A DNA stretch of 64,000 bases, from contig CBDBHR010000030.1 in the NCBI GenBank assembly GCA_965205865.1, forward strand, positions 1,088,001 to 1,152,000. The letters are read 5' to 3'. The position numbers and the translations under genes were made by a program. Source of the stretch: a bacterium (GTDB taxonomy: Bacteria; SAR324; NAC60-12). Shown piece by piece: positions 62,251-64,000 of this stretch. Below the pieces are notes generated by a model. The model ran no database searches and was not told where the DNA came from. It saw nothing but the letters and a program-made list of their open reading frames with translations. Each line of letters opens with the position of its first letter. Position 1 is the stretch's first letter.

Positions 62251-62943
62251 TTAAAAATAAAGACTGACAATCCGCTTTTGATTTTGCTCAAAGACGGAAG
62301 TCCCTTTGAGCGCCAGGGGTGAGCTCACTACCTTGCTGACTCGTATATTTCGGGCAATGTCCGCCAACTCATGACGGAGGTCGCCTCCCTTGTAGGCATG
62401 GAGCACCGCACCGGTGGCACGCAGACCACGCGTCCATTTTTCAAGGGATTTCAAGGGAGCCACCGTTCGTGCCGTCAAGACGGAAAAACGATTCTGATAA
62501 GAGGATTGTTCCGCCAGCTGTTCTGCTCTGCTTGTTAGGGCTCCTGCGTTGGGAATTGCCAATTTCGCAAGCATGGATTGCACTGCTCGGATTTTTTTCT
62601 CAATTCCGTCAATCAGCGTAAAACGAGCATGGGGACAGGCAATTGCCAGAACAATTCCCGGCAACCCTCCCCCGGTTCCAATATCACAAACTTCCGCGTT
62701 TTCAGGAATCTCGATGACAGCAAGGAGAGCCAAGCTGTGCAAGACGTGGTATTCCCAGATTCGCGCCGTATCATTCCTTGAAATCAAGTTGATTTTTTGA
62801 TTGGCCTCCAGCAGCATGGTCACCCACTTTTGCAGCAACATCCATTGTCGACCATCAAGCCGAATCTGATTGGCCTGCAATATGGATTGTACAAAGAATT
62901 GGGATTCTTCGGAAACCAGAGTTGTCCTGTTTTCAGTTTTCAT
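62251..62943 (-). CDS. rsmG: 16S rRNA (G527-N7) methyltransferase
   Basis: NQKINLIS, DIGTGGGLPG, KK, RAE and YKG motifs. Confidence 0.92.
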   Translation of the reverse strand: MKTENRTTLVSEESQFFVQSILQANQIRLDGRQWMLLQKWVTMLLEANQKINLISRNDTARIWEYHVLHSLALLAVIEIPENAEVCDIGTGGGLPGIVLAIACPHARFTLIDGIEKKIRAVQSMLAKLAIPNAGALTSRAEQLAEQSSYQNRFSVLTARTVAPLKSLEKWTRGLRATGAVLHAYKGGDLRHELADIARNIRVSKVVSSPLALKGTSVFEQNQKRIVSLYF

Positions 62944-63679
62944 AACATTTTTGTAACTCAGGGTGACGAGGCCAGTCTTCTTCCAAGCTCTTCAGCTTTT
63001 TTATGGTACCGATATCTTTCCAATAAACATCGCCAATGTCGAAAGAGCGGATGGGGTATTTTTTTTCACTCAAATGCAGGTAAACGTCAATGATTGAAAA
63101 GTGCCCTGTTTGTTCAATCAGAGGAAAAATTTGGGGTTGGATGACGTGAATACCGCTGAAAGCGAGTTCTTTGAGACTGCTCCGTGGATTGCGCAACAGA
63201 CGATATTCTCGAGTTTCATGATAACGAATGCCGCAAACATAATTTCCCTCATCCACCAGAAATTTTGTTTGGCTTTCACGGTCCTGGGTGAGAAGCGTTA
63301 CCAGATTTTGTTGAGCTTGGTGTTGATGGTAGACTCGCAAGAGATCGACAGAGGAAAAAACGTCCACGTTGTGTAAAAAAAAAGACTGCTTTCGCCAATA
63401 ATCTCTCGTATTGAGCAGTCCGCCACCGGTGCCGAGAATTTGAGATTCAGGAAACAACGTGATGGCGGGAAAAGTACGATACTGCTGGACAAATTCCACG
63501 ATTTGCCTGGCATGGCAATGGACGTTGATGGCAAGCGAATCCACCCCGATTTTTTGCATCCGTCGGATCTGCCACTCCAATGCCGGTTTCTTCAGAACGG
63601 GAACGAGCGCTTTGGGCAGCGTATGGGTCAAAGGCTGCAAGCGAGTTCCCAATCCTGCCGCTAAGATCATTGCTTGCAT
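62933..63679 (-). CDS. Nucleotidyltransferase family protein (MurU-like)
   Basis: AMILAAGLGTRLQPLT..LPKAL, ILGTGGG and WKDIGT motifs. Confidence 0.9.
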   Translation of the reverse strand: MQAMILAAGLGTRLQPLTHTLPKALVPVLKKPALEWQIRRMQKIGVDSLAINVHCHARQIVEFVQQYRTFPAITLFPESQILGTGGGLLNTRDYWRKQSFFLHNVDVFSSVDLLRVYHQHQAQQNLVTLLTQDRESQTKFLVDEGNYVCGIRYHETREYRLLRNPRSSLKELAFSGIHVIQPQIFPLIEQTGHFSIIDVYLHLSEKKYPIRSFDIGDVYWKDIGTIKKLKSLEEDWPRHPELQKCYEN

Positions 63680-63717
63680 GAATTCCTGCTTGTCGGAAAA
63701 ATGAATGCCATCCAATT

Positions 63718-63753
63718 ACCCCTCCCCTGGCCCCTCCCTCAAGGGGAGGGGGA
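63718..63753. repeat. REP-like palindrome
   Basis: CCCCTCCCC...CCCTCCCTCAAGGGGAGGGG. Confidence 0.5.
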
Positions 63754-63787
63754 TTCAACGCATGGCCATGGCTTTCTTCAGGTGGCT

Positions 63788-64000
63788 TCACGTGATGCCG
63801 GCCAGCAAGTCATCCACAGAGTTCTCAATACGGTACTGCGCCGGCGCTTCACCCACCTCGAGCGCGCTGAAGTGCGCCTTGCCACATTCGATCTTGGCGT
63901 TTTCAGCGCCGCGAAGATCGCTGCCTGACAGGCTGCCCTTCGTTTCCACCACGAAGTAGAGCCGCTCGCACTCGTCTTGCTTGATCAGCAAGGCCCAGTC
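63788..64000 (-). CDS. Type III restriction endonuclease (Res) C-terminus, partial
   Basis: DWALLI...LYFVVETKG...ENAKIECGKAHF. Confidence 0.85.
   Translation of the reverse strand, partial: DWALLIKQDECERLYFVVETKGSLSGSDLRGAENAKIECGKAHFSALEVGEAPAQYRIENSVDDLLAGIT

Overview
A 64 kb bacterial window. Gene content resembles deltaproteobacteria/SAR324, possibly a host-associated (sponge-symbiont-like) lineage; this is inference only. Intact housekeeping genes sit at the ends: cobD-like, degP/Q, modA and a flavoprotein disulfide reductase on the left; a PAP2 phosphatase, hemC, hemA, pgsA, hisB, hisH, ndk, rsgA and rsmG on the right. Between them is a ~44 kb accessory region (about 5.1-49 kb). It holds a restriction-modification fusion gene, an ABC-ATPase/TOPRIM pair, decayed integron-like cassettes with attC sites, a tRNA 3' fragment, several TA modules, IS66/IS5/IS630/IS21/IS701 remnants, REP-containing MITEs, an NHL-repeat lipoprotein, intact and decayed peptide ABC operons, and many pseudogenes. 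The most unusual signal is a family of 32-37 bp hairpin modules, each bounded by GAGG direct repeats. They are stacked in different number and order inside three tandem ~235-270 bp units (31.4-32.1 kb) that end in a terminator; the second and third units carry a sigma70-like promoter. A solo copy appears inserted in frame into an IS5 transposase remnant (45.2 kb), and there is an apparently empty homologous site (48.9 kb). This suggests a site-specific micro-element or modular small-RNA system. No CRISPR array, rRNA or complete tRNA was seen.
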